Of a stretch of DNA of 64,000 nucleotides, positions 1 to 8,986 are shown piece after piece (positions within the stretch are counted from its first letter, which is position 1; the number at the start of each line of letters is the position of its first letter). Source of the stretch: a virus (lineage: Duplodnaviria > Heunggongvirae > Uroviricota > Caudoviricetes); IMG/VR virus record IMGVR_UViG_3300045988_154997, positions 1 to 64,000 of that record; one strand, given 5' to 3'. The translations under genes and the position numbers were made by a program. Below the pieces are notes generated by a model. It was given only the letters and a program-made list of their open reading frames with translations, had not been told where the DNA came from and searched no databases.

Positions 1-581
1 ATCGTTCTGCCTATAACGATATTCGCGACTGGCAGCGCCGTGAGAAAGAAGCTGACAAAAAAGAAAAATCAACCACCGACTGGGATGACGTGGTTTTTGA
101 GGTCGATTTGCTGAAGTCTCAGGAAATAAACCTGGATTATATCCTTGGACTGATTTTCGAACACAACAGACAAAATAAAGGCAAGGGCGAAATGATCGAA
201 GAGGTCAAACGCTTAATTCGTTCAAGCCTGGGGAACCGGGCGAAAGAGGGCCTGGTGGTCGATTTTATTCAGCAAACGAACCTGGATGATTTACCAGACA
301 AAGCCAGTATCATTGAGGCATTCTTTACGTTTGCTAAACGCGAACAGCAACGTGAAGCAGAAGCATTGATAAAAGAAGAAAATCTCAATGAAGATGCAGC
401 AAAACGCTATATTCGCACGTCTTTAAAACGCGAATACGCCACCGAAAATGGCACAGAATTAAACGAGACATTACCAAAACTTAGTCCGTTAAACCCGCAA
501 TATAAAACGAAAAAACAGACCGTTTTCCAGAAAATCGTCACGTTTATTGAAAAGTTCAAAGGAGTAGGTGGGCAGATATAG
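1..581 (+). CDS. hsdR: Type I restriction enzyme R subunit (HsdR), C-terminal fragment; 5' partial, ORF open from window start
   Basis: Reading frame open from nt 3 to the stop at 579-581 (ORF track begins at a GTG at 90). Tail sequence ...[28 protein letters not shown]...[17 protein letters not shown]...[14 protein letters not shown] resembles the C-terminal helical domain of type I R subunits as I recall it; no search run. Confidence 0.45.
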   Translation, partial: RSAYNDIRDWQRREKEADKKEKSTTDWDDVVFEVDLLKSQEINLDYILGLIFEHNRQNKGKGEMIEEVKRLIRSSLGNRAKEGLVVDFIQQTNLDDLPDKASIIEAFFTFAKREQQREAEALIKEENLNEDAAKRYIRTSLKREYATENGTELNETLPKLSPLNPQYKTKKQTVFQKIVTFIEKFKGVGGQI

Positions 582-639
582 TGTATTAATCTGAACCAGA
601 TCTGGCAGATATCTGTGCAAATTGCAGATAGCTGTCAGA

Positions 640-1116
640 TCAAGCCATCGTAGGGATGTCTGTATCCACTTTGAACTCAGGTACACCAACGAACTCTTTA
701 ACCTTCATCTGATAGCCAGTTCTGTCAGTCTTGATCGTTTCCTGCTTGCCCTCGATAAACTGCTCACGCCACTCGTCGCGACGGGAATCTGGCATAATCA
801 GCAGAACGTTAGTCATGTCCGTGACCTTCCTCCAGTACTCGGCCCAAATATTCTGTTTCACCCATTCCAGATCGACTTTATCCAACCAACCTCGATTTAA
901 ACGTGAGCGATCTTCATCTGGTCGATGGTTTAGTCTCAGCAGGCGATTAATCATGTTGTGGCGTTCGTCGCCATAAACGAAGTCGTGTACCTGATACATG
1001 AAGGCGATCTCTTTCTCGCACTCGGCCACGATTTCGTGGATGACATTCATTTCCTGACGATAGTCGATAGCCGTGTTTGAGCTGGCATCGTCGATGATGG
1101 AAAGGGCTGTATTCAT
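640..1116 (-). CDS. hypothetical protein
   Basis: 158-aa ORF, no motif recognised. Confidence 0.5.
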   Translation of the reverse strand: MNTALSIIDDASSNTAIDYRQEMNVIHEIVAECEKEIAFMYQVHDFVYGDERHNMINRLLRLNHRPDEDRSRLNRGWLDKVDLEWVKQNIWAEYWRKVTDMTNVLLIMPDSRRDEWREQFIEGKQETIKTDRTGYQMKVKEFVGVPEFKVDTDIPTMA

Positions 1117-1257
1117 AATTACACCATTAAATAATTTGTTTTCTGATTGGTGTAATTATCGCAAACTTGAAAAGGCATAAAAGCTGCATTCATAGGCGTT
1201 ACAGCAGATTTAAGGCGTAAAAATGGAGGCTGTCGCCCCCTGTCGACTGGTGCTGTA

Positions 1258-1824
1258 TTAGAGTGCGTATTGCGTTTTGTGCGGCTGCTTATTCAAGTCA
1301 TGGCGATGCGTGAGCTCCCGCATCATGTCTTCAAGGCGACTCTTTGTGTCGTCGAGCTGGTCGGCCATTGCACCTAAAAGCTGGCGAACGGCCATCGGAT
1401 CGTCGCTGTTTAGTGATGGCATTTTATAACCTGCTTTAGAAGACATAAGGTTGATTGCAGACATCAACATCGTTAGAGAGGATTTAAGCCCGGCAATTTC
1501 ACGATCTTTGCTGGCAATAATCGTCTCACTTTTGTTGCCGTCATCAGTTCCTTGAGTCTCGCTCACCATATCCAAAGTCGCTTGCAACTTATCAGCTCTC
1601 TCTTTTTCAGCAAGGTAATGAACACCGAAATGGTGTGCCAAAGCTACAATCTGAGTTGGCTCTTCAAAGGTGGAATTAAAATTAAGTATTGTAAACAGTC
1701 TCTCAAATATGGAAACGTCTTCTATTCCTCGAAGAATGGCTAACATTTTGACAAGTTCATTAGCATCCATTTCTTCGAATAGGGCGTTTTGTTCATCAGC
1801 TATTGCTTTGCATTTCTCGCACAT
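1258..1824 (-). CDS. hypothetical protein
   Basis: 188-aa ORF; start preceded by the shared initiation sequence (AAGGAAAACAC-ATG on coding strand) and the upstream palindrome 'TAAGAAAACAACTTGTTTAA' (1841..1860). Confidence 0.6.
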   Translation of the reverse strand: MCEKCKAIADEQNALFEEMDANELVKMLAILRGIEDVSIFERLFTILNFNSTFEEPTQIVALAHHFGVHYLAEKERADKLQATLDMVSETQGTDDGNKSETIIASKDREIAGLKSSLTMLMSAINLMSSKAGYKMPSLNSDDPMAVRQLLGAMADQLDDTKSRLEDMMRELTHRHDLNKQPHKTQYAL

Positions 1825-2121
1825 GTGTTTTCCTTAATGCTTAAACAAGTTGTTTTCTTATTGGCTTTATTGTGATGTGGCATATAAGGGGAGCAAGCTA
1901 AACGTAAAGGTGCAAACTCTCTATTTCGGTCAACGAAACACAAGGGCCAAATGGCCCTTGTCATTAACACTTTGCTTTACGAACTAACGGATAAGCGAAG
2001 TAGATCGCCAAACCAATGAGGACGCCATCAGAAATGACAGACATCATCTTTCCCGTAAAATCCACCAACACCGCCATCACCAGAAGAGCAATGACGATCA
2101 CAAGCCGGAATCTCTCAAGCA

Positions 2122-2547
2122 TTAGAGATAAGCATCCAGTGACAACTGAAGCGCCTGGGCGATCTTTTTCAGTGCCTGCTCTTCTTGTTCACCAATGCCA
2201 TCCTGATCGGCAATATCAAGGCACAGACACAGAACATCGACCGCCTCTGGAGTGCCCGCAATATCAGCCAGCTCACGCATAGCCTGCGCATTCGCAGAAC
2301 GAGGGGACGCTTCGTAACGAGCACGGATATTGGCGCTCATTTGGGCAATTTCACCAGCAAACGGAGAAAACGCAGGCAGAGCTGCAATTGTCTTCTCAAG
2401 AATGGCAATTTCTTTTGCGTCACATGTGCCGTCGGCATAGGAGATCATGTACGCGCCCCACACGGTGGCCTCAACCGCATCACGGTTCTCCATTTTTTTG
2501 ACTTCGATAACAGCTTTACGAGTTTTCTTTTTGAAGAAACCTAACAT
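2122..2547 (-). CDS. hypothetical protein (possibly TerB-like helical fold, weak)
   Basis: 141-aa ORF with shared initiation sequence and upstream palindrome at 2570..2587; acidic helical composition only. Confidence 0.5.
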   Translation of the reverse strand: MLGFFKKKTRKAVIEVKKMENRDAVEATVWGAYMISYADGTCDAKEIAILEKTIAALPAFSPFAGEIAQMSANIRARYEASPRSANAQAMRELADIAGTPEAVDVLCLCLDIADQDGIGEQEEQALKKIAQALQLSLDAYL

Positions 2548-2640
2548 GTGTTTTCCTTTTGTTATTTGTCAAAACAAGTTGTTTTTTAGTTTCATAAATT
2601 GCTTACGCAAAGATGGTCAATGCATATGCACTAACAGCCG

Positions 2641-2829
2641 TCAGAAATAACCAAGTACCGAACCGACTGGAAAAACAAAAATCCCAACTACACGAGCCAG
2701 AGTCATGCCAGCCTGAAACTTGAGATCACCTGAGCAAACGAGTTTTATAATGTTGGATACCCAACCGGCGGCCATGAGAGCCAGAATTGCCAGCCAAATT
2801 TTCCCAAAGTGATTTGAAAGCCAGTTCAT
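2641..2829 (-). CDS. small hydrophobic membrane protein
   Basis: 62-aa ORF, two hydrophobic segments (LAILALMAAGWV, VGIFVFPVGSVLGYF). Confidence 0.4.
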   Translation of the reverse strand: MNWLSNHFGKIWLAILALMAAGWVSNIIKLVCSGDLKFQAGMTLARVVGIFVFPVGSVLGYF

Positions 2830-3077
2830 ACAACCACCTTAGTCACAACATGATCCTGAGTAACTGGATGAACTTGAGGTATCGCATCCACCGTCATCCC
2901 ATCCAGAGTGACAGGACGCTCTACTGGAGTGGTGGTAATTGTCGTCGACGGAGGTGTGGTGATGGATGAATCCGGCATCAAAAGGCTCTGGCCGGCTGGA
3001 ACGGCTACCGTCGCCAGTGAAACTATAATGAGAACGTAGGCCATTGGTTTCAGCCTCTTTCTTTGAAAATTTTCCAT
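2826..3077 (-). CDS. small signal-peptide / Thr-Pro-rich protein (overlaps the alternative-frame ORF 2839..3333)
   Basis: 83-aa ORF; AAGGA RBS before ATG at 3077 and a second RBS (GAGG) before internal ATG; hydrophobic N-terminus MAYVLIIVSLATVAVPA. Confidence 0.35.
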   Translation of the reverse strand: MENFQRKRLKPMAYVLIIVSLATVAVPAGQSLLMPDSSITTPPSTTITTTPVERPVTLDGMTVDAIPQVHPVTQDHVVTKVVV

Positions 3078-3333
3078 TCGAACTGTCCTTGTTGTTTTTC
3101 TCCTTCACTAAAGGCCGTGCATTTTTCGCTTGGTGTGAAGAACCAGAGGTAACAATCGCCCCCACGTTCGCAACAACTGACGCTTGCTTATCTAAACGTT
3201 CATTCAGCAACCGAACGGTAGTCTCCAGTTCATCAAGACGTGACAGAACACGACCGCTAAATAATTCGGCCAAAATTTGACGTAGTGAACGAGGACGTTT
3301 AGTTGCAGAAGTGAAATAGGTTTGACGTGCCAT
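2839..3333 (-). CDS. hypothetical protein (C-terminal half overlaps 2826..3077 in another frame; one of the two is probably not real over the overlap)
   Basis: 164-aa ORF with GGAG RBS 5 nt before ATG at 3333; C-terminal part is Ser/His/Cys-rich and looks like an out-of-frame read. Confidence 0.35.
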   Translation of the reverse strand: MARQTYFTSATKRPRSLRQILAELFSGRVLSRLDELETTVRLLNERLDKQASVVANVGAIVTSGSSHQAKNARPLVKEKNNKDSSNGKFSKKEAETNGLRSHYSFTGDGSRSSRPEPFDAGFIHHHTSVDDNYHHSSRASCHSGWDDGGCDTSSSSSYSGSCCD

Positions 3334-3478
3334 GTGGACTCCATCCAGTGTCAGAAAGAGTTGCGGCTGGCGATCGCCAGCCGCCTTTCTCGTTCCATCC
3401 TGGAACTGTGTCTTACCGACACATTGTCATCCTGACGCTGATAAGATACATGATTTAATATGATAGGTAAACACTTAC

Positions 3479-4072
3479 TTACCACTTGTTGTAAATAAAA
3501 CCAATGTCTTTCTTGTGAGGCGTATCGGCTGCGGAAAAAGCTGCGATCTTCGCGAGTCGATCACATATTTCATTTTCACGATGCCCGGCGTGACCTTTAA
3601 CCCACTTCCAGCGAACATTATGTCGACTTGCGTCCTCATCCAGACGTTTCCACAGATCAACATTCTTTACCGGTTTTTTATCAGAAGTCATCCATCCATT
3701 ACGTTTCCACCATTTCATCCACTGTGTCATGCCGTTTTTCAGATACTGGCTATCAGAGTGCAAAATAACGTTGCATGGATATTTCAAACGCTCCAGCCCG
3801 ATAAGTGCCCCCATCATCTCCATGCGGTTATTGGTGGTGCTATGAAAACCATCTGAGAACTCGCGTTCCTCACCACGATACTGGAGAACTATACCGTAAC
3901 CGCCCGGGCCACCCGGATTTTTAAGGCAAGAGCCATCACTGTAGATTTTTACGGTTTTAAGCTGGGGATTGAACTCTACGACAGGCGTTGTGGGATTGGT
4001 GCGGGGAGAATTTTTGTTTTTGGCTTTTTTGCGAGTTTTTGCTTGCGATCGGGATGGTGTCTTCGTCGTCAT
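3479..4072 (-). CDS. rnhA: Ribonuclease H (RnhA-like)
   Basis: Core [17 protein letters not shown]...[11 protein letters not shown]...HSDSQY...KPVKNVDLW...[17 protein letters not shown] aligns closely with E. coli RNase HI; start moved to ATG at 4072 (AGGAG RBS) rather than the ORF-track start at 4126. Confidence 0.8.
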   Translation of the reverse strand: MTTKTPSRSQAKTRKKAKNKNSPRTNPTTPVVEFNPQLKTVKIYSDGSCLKNPGGPGGYGIVLQYRGEEREFSDGFHSTTNNRMEMMGALIGLERLKYPCNVILHSDSQYLKNGMTQWMKWWKRNGWMTSDKKPVKNVDLWKRLDEDASRHNVRWKWVKGHAGHRENEICDRLAKIAAFSAADTPHKKDIGFIYNKW

Positions 4073-4656
4073 ATAAACTCCTGAATCAAGCGCCGCGCCG
4101 ATTTTTTTCCTCGCGCGTGCGCACACGCGTGCGTGTTAATAATTATTAAAATAAACAAATTACTTCCCAGAACAGGTTTTTATAAACCTGAACTGAACGA
4201 ACGAAGTGAGTGAAGTTCACCTCGAACGAAGTGAGAGGTTGTCTTTTCAGGTAATACTCTCCCAGGGAGGTGAGTATAAAAATCCCTCACCAACCTGGTC
4301 CTTTCATAACCTGAAAAGTTATGGTCTAAGTCTACTGCCAGCTTAGACTTGGGAAGTTATGGATGACAGCACCCCAGAACCGAGATCTTCCCACACTTTA
4401 TGAAGGGGAGTACTGGATTCAACCTCTCGAAACACCCCAGACTCGACAATCATAAAGTGACCCTTGTCTCCGCTCACTTTGGTTCCCCCTTCCCCGACAC
4501 CTAAACGGCACCGGTTCTACGCTGGTAGTGAGCTTTTTTAAACCTGACGCCAGTGACGCTTACCTCCACCCATCAGGTCGAGTCTCCAGTCTACGACTGG
4601 AAACTATCAGATCTTAGCACTTACAATTCATCTTATGAATAGTTTGTACTTATCTA

Positions 4657-4911
4657 TCATTTCGATTGATTATTTTCTCGACCATGTAGTTGAACATTCA
4701 AGGCAAACACCTCATTGATCAACTCACCTAAAAGCTGTTCAACAAGTTCGCGATGCTCGCCAAGATGCAAGCACTTAATTGCCCATTCGTACAAGTTGAA
4801 AGCCTGCTCACGATCTTTCATCATTTCACGAGCCTGGGCCAGAAAATCGCTCTCTACGAGCGCAACGACATTAGTCGGGTATGACATGTTGGTTTCCTTA
4901 AAGTGGTTCAT
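4657..4911 (-). CDS. hypothetical protein
   Basis: 84-aa ORF. Confidence 0.45.
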   Translation of the reverse strand: MNHFKETNMSYPTNVVALVESDFLAQAREMMKDREQAFNLYEWAIKCLHLGEHRELVEQLLGELINEVFALNVQLHGRENNQSK

Positions 4912-4992
4912 AAAATCGATTTTAAAGCGTCTGGGAAGGGGTTCTAGTGGATTCTGTAGTGATGTTCAGGTCTGGAGTCTCTGATACAAAAC

Positions 4993-5051
4993 AGCCTGCT
5001 TCCGTATAATAATAATTAATATGTAGTTATTTATATATACAGAAGCAGGCT
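4993..5051 (-). terminator. long-loop hairpin element (arms CCTGCTTC[C/T]GTATA, about 27-nt AT-rich loop) followed by a T-run on the minus strand; copy 1 of 2
   Basis: 16-bp inverted arms 4993..5008 and 5036..5051 with one mismatch; lies just 3' of the methyltransferase gene stop; near-identical copy at 53798..53852. Confidence 0.45.
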
Positions 5052-5072
5052 AATTACAGACGCCAGAACAAA

Positions 5073-5666
5073 CTAAGCAGCCTTCTTTGATGGTCTTTTT
5101 TTCCTGATCACATTCGCAGGATCATACCCTCCCAGACTTTTCATGACGTCCAAAGGGATCTTGCTTATAGAGTGCCCAGCGTCCTGACAGAATCCTCGAA
5201 AAACAACGAGCATACTGCCACCTGGGTTGATGTTTACTTCTACCTGACCCAGATTGACGTCAGGCTCGACAAACGCTACGCGGCCACCAGACAGAATAAT
5301 CGTCTCATTCGCACACTCTGTTGCACGCTCATACCACTTTGTATCTAGGGATTGAGGAATTAGCATCACTGTTGTAACTCCGCGAGCCTGCTCACGTATA
5401 GCCGCATCAATCCAGGGGGAGATTTTGGAGTAGGGTGGATTGAGGAAGGCAATTGTACCTGGCTGTCCCCATTCAGATTTCAAAGCATCACGCTCAACGC
5501 CTATGAAATTAGGCAGCTTTGCATTGTCCTTGTTGCAGGCAACGTCAACATCAAATGTCACTCCAAGATAACGTTGAATGGCAGAAAACAGCCAGTCAGG
5601 TGTTCTCCAGAGGTCACGAAGAGAGTTGTCGCGCTTTCGCTGTTTGATTTTTTCGGCTGCAATCAT
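5073..5666 (-). CDS. DNA N6-adenine methyltransferase (phage Dam-like)
   Basis: FLNPPYS catalytic motif (NPPY) and DVACNKDNAKLPNF region typical of phage N6-adenine MTases. Confidence 0.8.
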   Translation of the reverse strand: MIAAEKIKQRKRDNSLRDLWRTPDWLFSAIQRYLGVTFDVDVACNKDNAKLPNFIGVERDALKSEWGQPGTIAFLNPPYSKISPWIDAAIREQARGVTTVMLIPQSLDTKWYERATECANETIILSGGRVAFVEPDVNLGQVEVNINPGGSMLVVFRGFCQDAGHSISKIPLDVMKSLGGYDPANVIRKKRPSKKAA

Positions 5667-5676
5667 CTTCTTTCTC

Positions 5677-5697
5677 GATAGGTAAGTAAATACCTAT
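5677..5697. promoter_or_regulatory. recurrent roughly 21-bp palindromic element 'GATAGGTAAGTAAATACCTAT' (representative copy, 10 nt upstream of the methyltransferase start codon)
   Basis: Same element found by eye at about 3468, 10516, 15233, 19918, 23419, 28892, 35407, 41429, 45064, 47555, 53691, 59922. Confidence 0.4.
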
Positions 5698-5724
5698 TTT
5701 TGCATTTGATTTTATGTCTGGCAA

Positions 5725-5777
5725 TCAAATAAAACGCGCCAGAAATGCAAACGAGAAGCTCTCTGGCGCGTTTTTGT
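5725..5777. terminator. hairpin terminator (arms ACGCGCCAG / CTGGCGCGT) with T-runs on both sides; bidirectional
   Basis: aaaACGCGCCAGa...tCTGGCGCGTttttg read directly; downstream of the 5850..6659 gene. Confidence 0.5.
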
Positions 5778-5849
5778 GGTGCTGGGTATGTGATTGGCTT
5801 ACCCAGCACTATAAAGCTCTCTATGGGCTTTATTTTCAGTAGGGGAACG

Positions 5850-6659
5850 TCATCCAATAGTGTACTCCGCGACAAACTTCTTAACGATCGGTGATTCTTC
5901 GTTCAATGTTAGATTTCCACCGTCTCTAACGGCAATTCCTGTCGCTGGAAATACAGCCATCATTTGCCCAGCCTGAGTTGACGCAGTGTTAAGCGGATAC
6001 GGTTTTTCTGGATTGCTCATTAAAGCAATCTTAATACTATTACTTGTAGCCTTCTTTTCTGTGAGAAGGTGTCTCATGGAAATTACCGTGTAAACACTAA
6101 TATCTGGACCTCCGCTAAACCAATTAAGAAGGTTTAATATCTTATCCTTTGCTTTGACAGGCGCGTTATCGTAAGCGTCTAAGAAAATATCTTTTTCTAA
6201 GCCCGCTTTATTGAAAAACGAATCATCTTTATCACTTAAAGTAAAACGAGGACCTCTTGCAGTACGAGCTTTTTTATTTGTATTGCTATCATTTGACTGT
6301 TGAACTTTTAATTCATCATTAACCTCAACACACTCTTCAACCTCAATAAATCCCAATTGTTCTGGCTCGTTTTCGGCAGCTTCAACACTTTCAGCGTTAA
6401 TTACGTTTATAGGCTCATGCGCTAACTCCAACTCATTTAAAGCAGAGCTGAAATCACCTGCTTTTTCTTCATTGAACAGTTCTTCGGCAACATCATCAGA
6501 ACTCATGGCTACGCCAGCATCTAGGCCGAGCAGCAGATCGTCAATATCATCAGTATTTTCAACCTGTGCAGCTTTTTTTACTGGTTCATCAAGTGATTGC
6601 AACATGGCTGTCAGCTCGTCCAGATCATCATTTGTCATTACATTTTCAACCGAACTCAT
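5850..6659 (-). CDS. hypothetical acidic protein
   Basis: 269-aa ORF, strongly acidic N-terminal half. Confidence 0.5.
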   Translation of the reverse strand: MSSVENVMTNDDLDELTAMLQSLDEPVKKAAQVENTDDIDDLLLGLDAGVAMSSDDVAEELFNEEKAGDFSSALNELELAHEPINVINAESVEAAENEPEQLGFIEVEECVEVNDELKVQQSNDSNTNKKARTARGPRFTLSDKDDSFFNKAGLEKDIFLDAYDNAPVKAKDKILNLLNWFSGGPDISVYTVISMRHLLTEKKATSNSIKIALMSNPEKPYPLNTASTQAGQMMAVFPATGIAVRDGGNLTLNEESPIVKKFVAEYTIG

Positions 6660-6780
6660 GTAAGTCTCCTTCTGTTTGGTTACATTTGCGTTTCGATGGC
6701 TACATTTTGACTAAACCTATCAGGCGGAAAAGTATTAAATACAGGCAGGAAATGATTGAAAGGCGACTGTTCTTTAAAAG

Positions 6781-6820
6781 AAAGCCTACTTTAAACTTTT
6801 TAAAGTAGGCTTTTGTTTTA
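6781..6820. terminator. hairpin terminator (AAAGCCTACTTTAAA...TAAAGTAGGCTTT + TTTTGTTTT)
   Basis: Perfect 13-15 bp stem followed by T-run on plus strand and CTTTT on minus strand; immediately 3' of the exonuclease gene. Confidence 0.5.
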
Positions 6821-7375
6821 CACAATTTCAGAGGGTAATTTAAAAAATCCGTACTTATTACGTGCCTTAAAGAAGCATTGCATCATTAAGTTTGTGTCAT
6901 ATAAGGCACTATGTGCTTTGGCATGATCGTATATAAAGCCAAGAGAGAAGGCCAACTCTTCAAGGCGGGGACGTTTACCGTCTTCTGTGGCCCACAATCC
7001 CGATAACATAGTATCTATAACAGGAACTTCTGGCAGTCTTACTCCATACCCTGAAAACTCGTGTCGAATAAATGGTATATCAAATGCTTCGCCGTTATGA
7101 GCAACCCACACACTACATGCCCCCATATAAGCGCCAATTTCGCTGGCATGATTTGACAACAAAGGTTCAGCTGCGAGCTGTTCCAATGAAATGCCATGAA
7201 CGGCTTGAGCTTTCGGATCTATGTTTCTGCGAGGGTTAAAACGCATCTCCAGACTATCAACATGTCTCTGTGTCTCCAGTTCATAGCGGGTAATTGCGAT
7301 TTCAATAATTTTATGACCAGCAAGGAAATCCAGTCCCGTAGACTCGATATCGATGCCTGCAACAATCGTTGTCAT
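6818..7375 (-). CDS. DnaQ-like (DEDDh) 3'-5' exonuclease, epsilon-subunit-like
   Basis: Exo I motif GIDIESTGLD, Exo II HNGEAFDIPF, Exo III HSALYDT. Confidence 0.75.
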   Translation of the reverse strand: MTTIVAGIDIESTGLDFLAGHKIIEIAITRYELETQRHVDSLEMRFNPRRNIDPKAQAVHGISLEQLAAEPLLSNHASEIGAYMGACSVWVAHNGEAFDIPFIRHEFSGYGVRLPEVPVIDTMLSGLWATEDGKRPRLEELAFSLGFIYDHAKAHSALYDTNLMMQCFFKARNKYGFFKLPSEIV

Positions 7376-7384
7376 CAGAACTCC

Positions 7385-7804
7385 TTACAACTTCTTAGCG
7401 CCCTTAAGTAGTGCGCTACGTACAAATTGAGCCGCTTTTTTCAAAGTTTCTTCACTGGTTTCACAGACAATCGGATCTTTCCACTTACCTGACACAGTGT
7501 TGAGAATATTGATTTGGTTGCTATCCAGACAAACAGAGATATAAAGCACCGTGCCACCAGCCAGCATCAAATGCATAGGAAACAGAGGCTTTTTACTGCC
7601 TTCACTGAACTGAGACATGGCGATGTTAATGGCTTCACCTACTTGTGCGCCAACAAGCCCCTGCGCAGTTTCGAATATGGCACGAATAGCCAGACGAGCC
7701 TCTCGATCGCTCATAAGCGACCGGGAATGTTCGTCCGCTACACGAATCAAAGCCTCTGTTGTTTTCCGATCCAGTTCATCTTCAAGCAACATTTCACTAA
7801 ACAT
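7385..7804 (-). CDS. hypothetical protein
   Basis: 139-aa ORF. Confidence 0.5.
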   Translation of the reverse strand: MFSEMLLEDELDRKTTEALIRVADEHSRSLMSDREARLAIRAIFETAQGLVGAQVGEAINIAMSQFSEGSKKPLFPMHLMLAGGTVLYISVCLDSNQINILNTVSGKWKDPIVCETSEETLKKAAQFVRSALLKGAKKL

Positions 7805-7865
7805 TTTTTATCCTTAACCCATTTTGAGAGTTTTATTGTCGCAATGTCGAAGAGGCGAACAATTT

Positions 7866-8510
7866 CTAATGAACGGTCACTCGGCCACAGAACCGGTTTT
7901 CTATCTTTTCTACAGCGTTATCTAGCATTCTCATCACTGATCTGGCTCTTGCTTCAACCGTGCGATACCGGTTGGAAACGACGAAGGTTTGCAGATCTCC
8001 CCTTTGCGGATGCAGGTGAATTTTTGTCAGTTCCCCGCACATCAACGCATCAATACGAGCGACATACAGACGGTCTAATGATGCTCGTTGTGATCGCAAG
8101 TAATCTCGCTCTGAGAGAGCGACCCCCGGGCGTAAGCCAGCAATGGCGTTAAAGTTTGAAATAGCAGTTTTGTGGCAAAACTTTTCGATATCGAGGGCTA
8201 ACTCAATACACCGATCTTCATTTGTATGGCCGACCAAATCCAACGTGTAGGCCATAACATCAGCAGGTGTGCGATCGATAACAAAGCCTTCAACACCACG
8301 CGTAAGTAGCTCTATATGCTTTGCTATTTCCATTTGAATCTGAAGCCGCTCATATAGAGGCATAGAATCACCTACTCGAACACCGAGGCGGCTCATCAAA
8401 CTTCCGACACCAGCATCCACGTAAGGGATTCCGTAATGTTTGTCTATATATTTAGCCAGGGTTGTTTTCCCACTGCCCTGAGCACCAGTGATCCCAATCC
8501 GGTAATCCAT
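7866..8510 (-). CDS. P-loop nucleotide kinase (possible dNMP kinase)
   Basis: Walker A GITGAQGSGKTTLA at N-terminus; sits in the nucleotide-metabolism block, stop overlaps DHFR start. Confidence 0.5.
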   Translation of the reverse strand: MDYRIGITGAQGSGKTTLAKYIDKHYGIPYVDAGVGSLMSRLGVRVGDSMPLYERLQIQMEIAKHIELLTRGVEGFVIDRTPADVMAYTLDLVGHTNEDRCIELALDIEKFCHKTAISNFNAIAGLRPGVALSERDYLRSQRASLDRLYVARIDALMCGELTKIHLHPQRGDLQTFVVSNRYRTVEARARSVMRMLDNAVEKIENRFCGRVTVH

Positions 8511-8986
8511 TACGACCTTCTGTATACGATCTGCGAAAAGCCAGGCTCTTCCTCGCTGGCTCGTTGGGTATAAGCTGTTTCAACAGGCACAAAGCCTAAG
8601 TTACGCATCATGCTTGCCGGGAAGAATGCATCGGCGTTTGGTACATCAACGCCGATGTGGGAGAGCCAAATCTCTTCAACATGCGGCATGAATAGCGAGT
8701 AAATTTGTTCCCCGCCAATCACCCACACAGGCTCTGGTAATCGCAACACATCATCCACACCAGCAGGGTAGAATCCATTTGGTACAAAGCCATGAGAGCG
8801 CGTCAAAACGAGGTTATGACGCTCTGGAAGAGGGCGTTTGAGACTTTCCATCGTTTTACGCCCCATAACGACAGTGGCGTTTTTGGTGAGTCTCTTAAAT
8901 AGCTTCAGATCGGTAGAACAACGCCAGGGGAGTTCATTCGCTATGCCGATCTCATAGTTACGGCCAACAGCAGCGATCATCTTCAT
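8510..8986 (-). CDS. folA: Dihydrofolate reductase
   Basis: MIAAVGRNYEIG...LPW...DLKLFKRLT...VVMGRKTMESL...PLPERHNLVLTR aligns with E. coli FolA. Confidence 0.85.
   Translation of the reverse strand: MKMIAAVGRNYEIGIANELPWRCSTDLKLFKRLTKNATVVMGRKTMESLKRPLPERHNLVLTRSHGFVPNGFYPAGVDDVLRLPEPVWVIGGEQIYSLFMPHVEEIWLSHIGVDVPNADAFFPASMMRNLGFVPVETAYTQRASEEEPGFSQIVYRRS

Noticed and set aside
5663-5875. ORF 5663..5875 (-) upstream of the methyltransferase gene
   Set aside because: Spans the intergenic terminator hairpin and the recurrent palindromic element; peptide looks non-protein-like.
7514-8152. Plus-strand ORF 7514..8152 (212 aa) and similar antisense ORFs (e.g. 30823..31338, 32643..33101, 36780..37097, 46491..47150, 25986..26391)
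   Set aside because: Each lies antisense within a well-supported minus-strand gene, is low-complexity or Ser/Arg-rich, and lacks an RBS; shadow ORFs.
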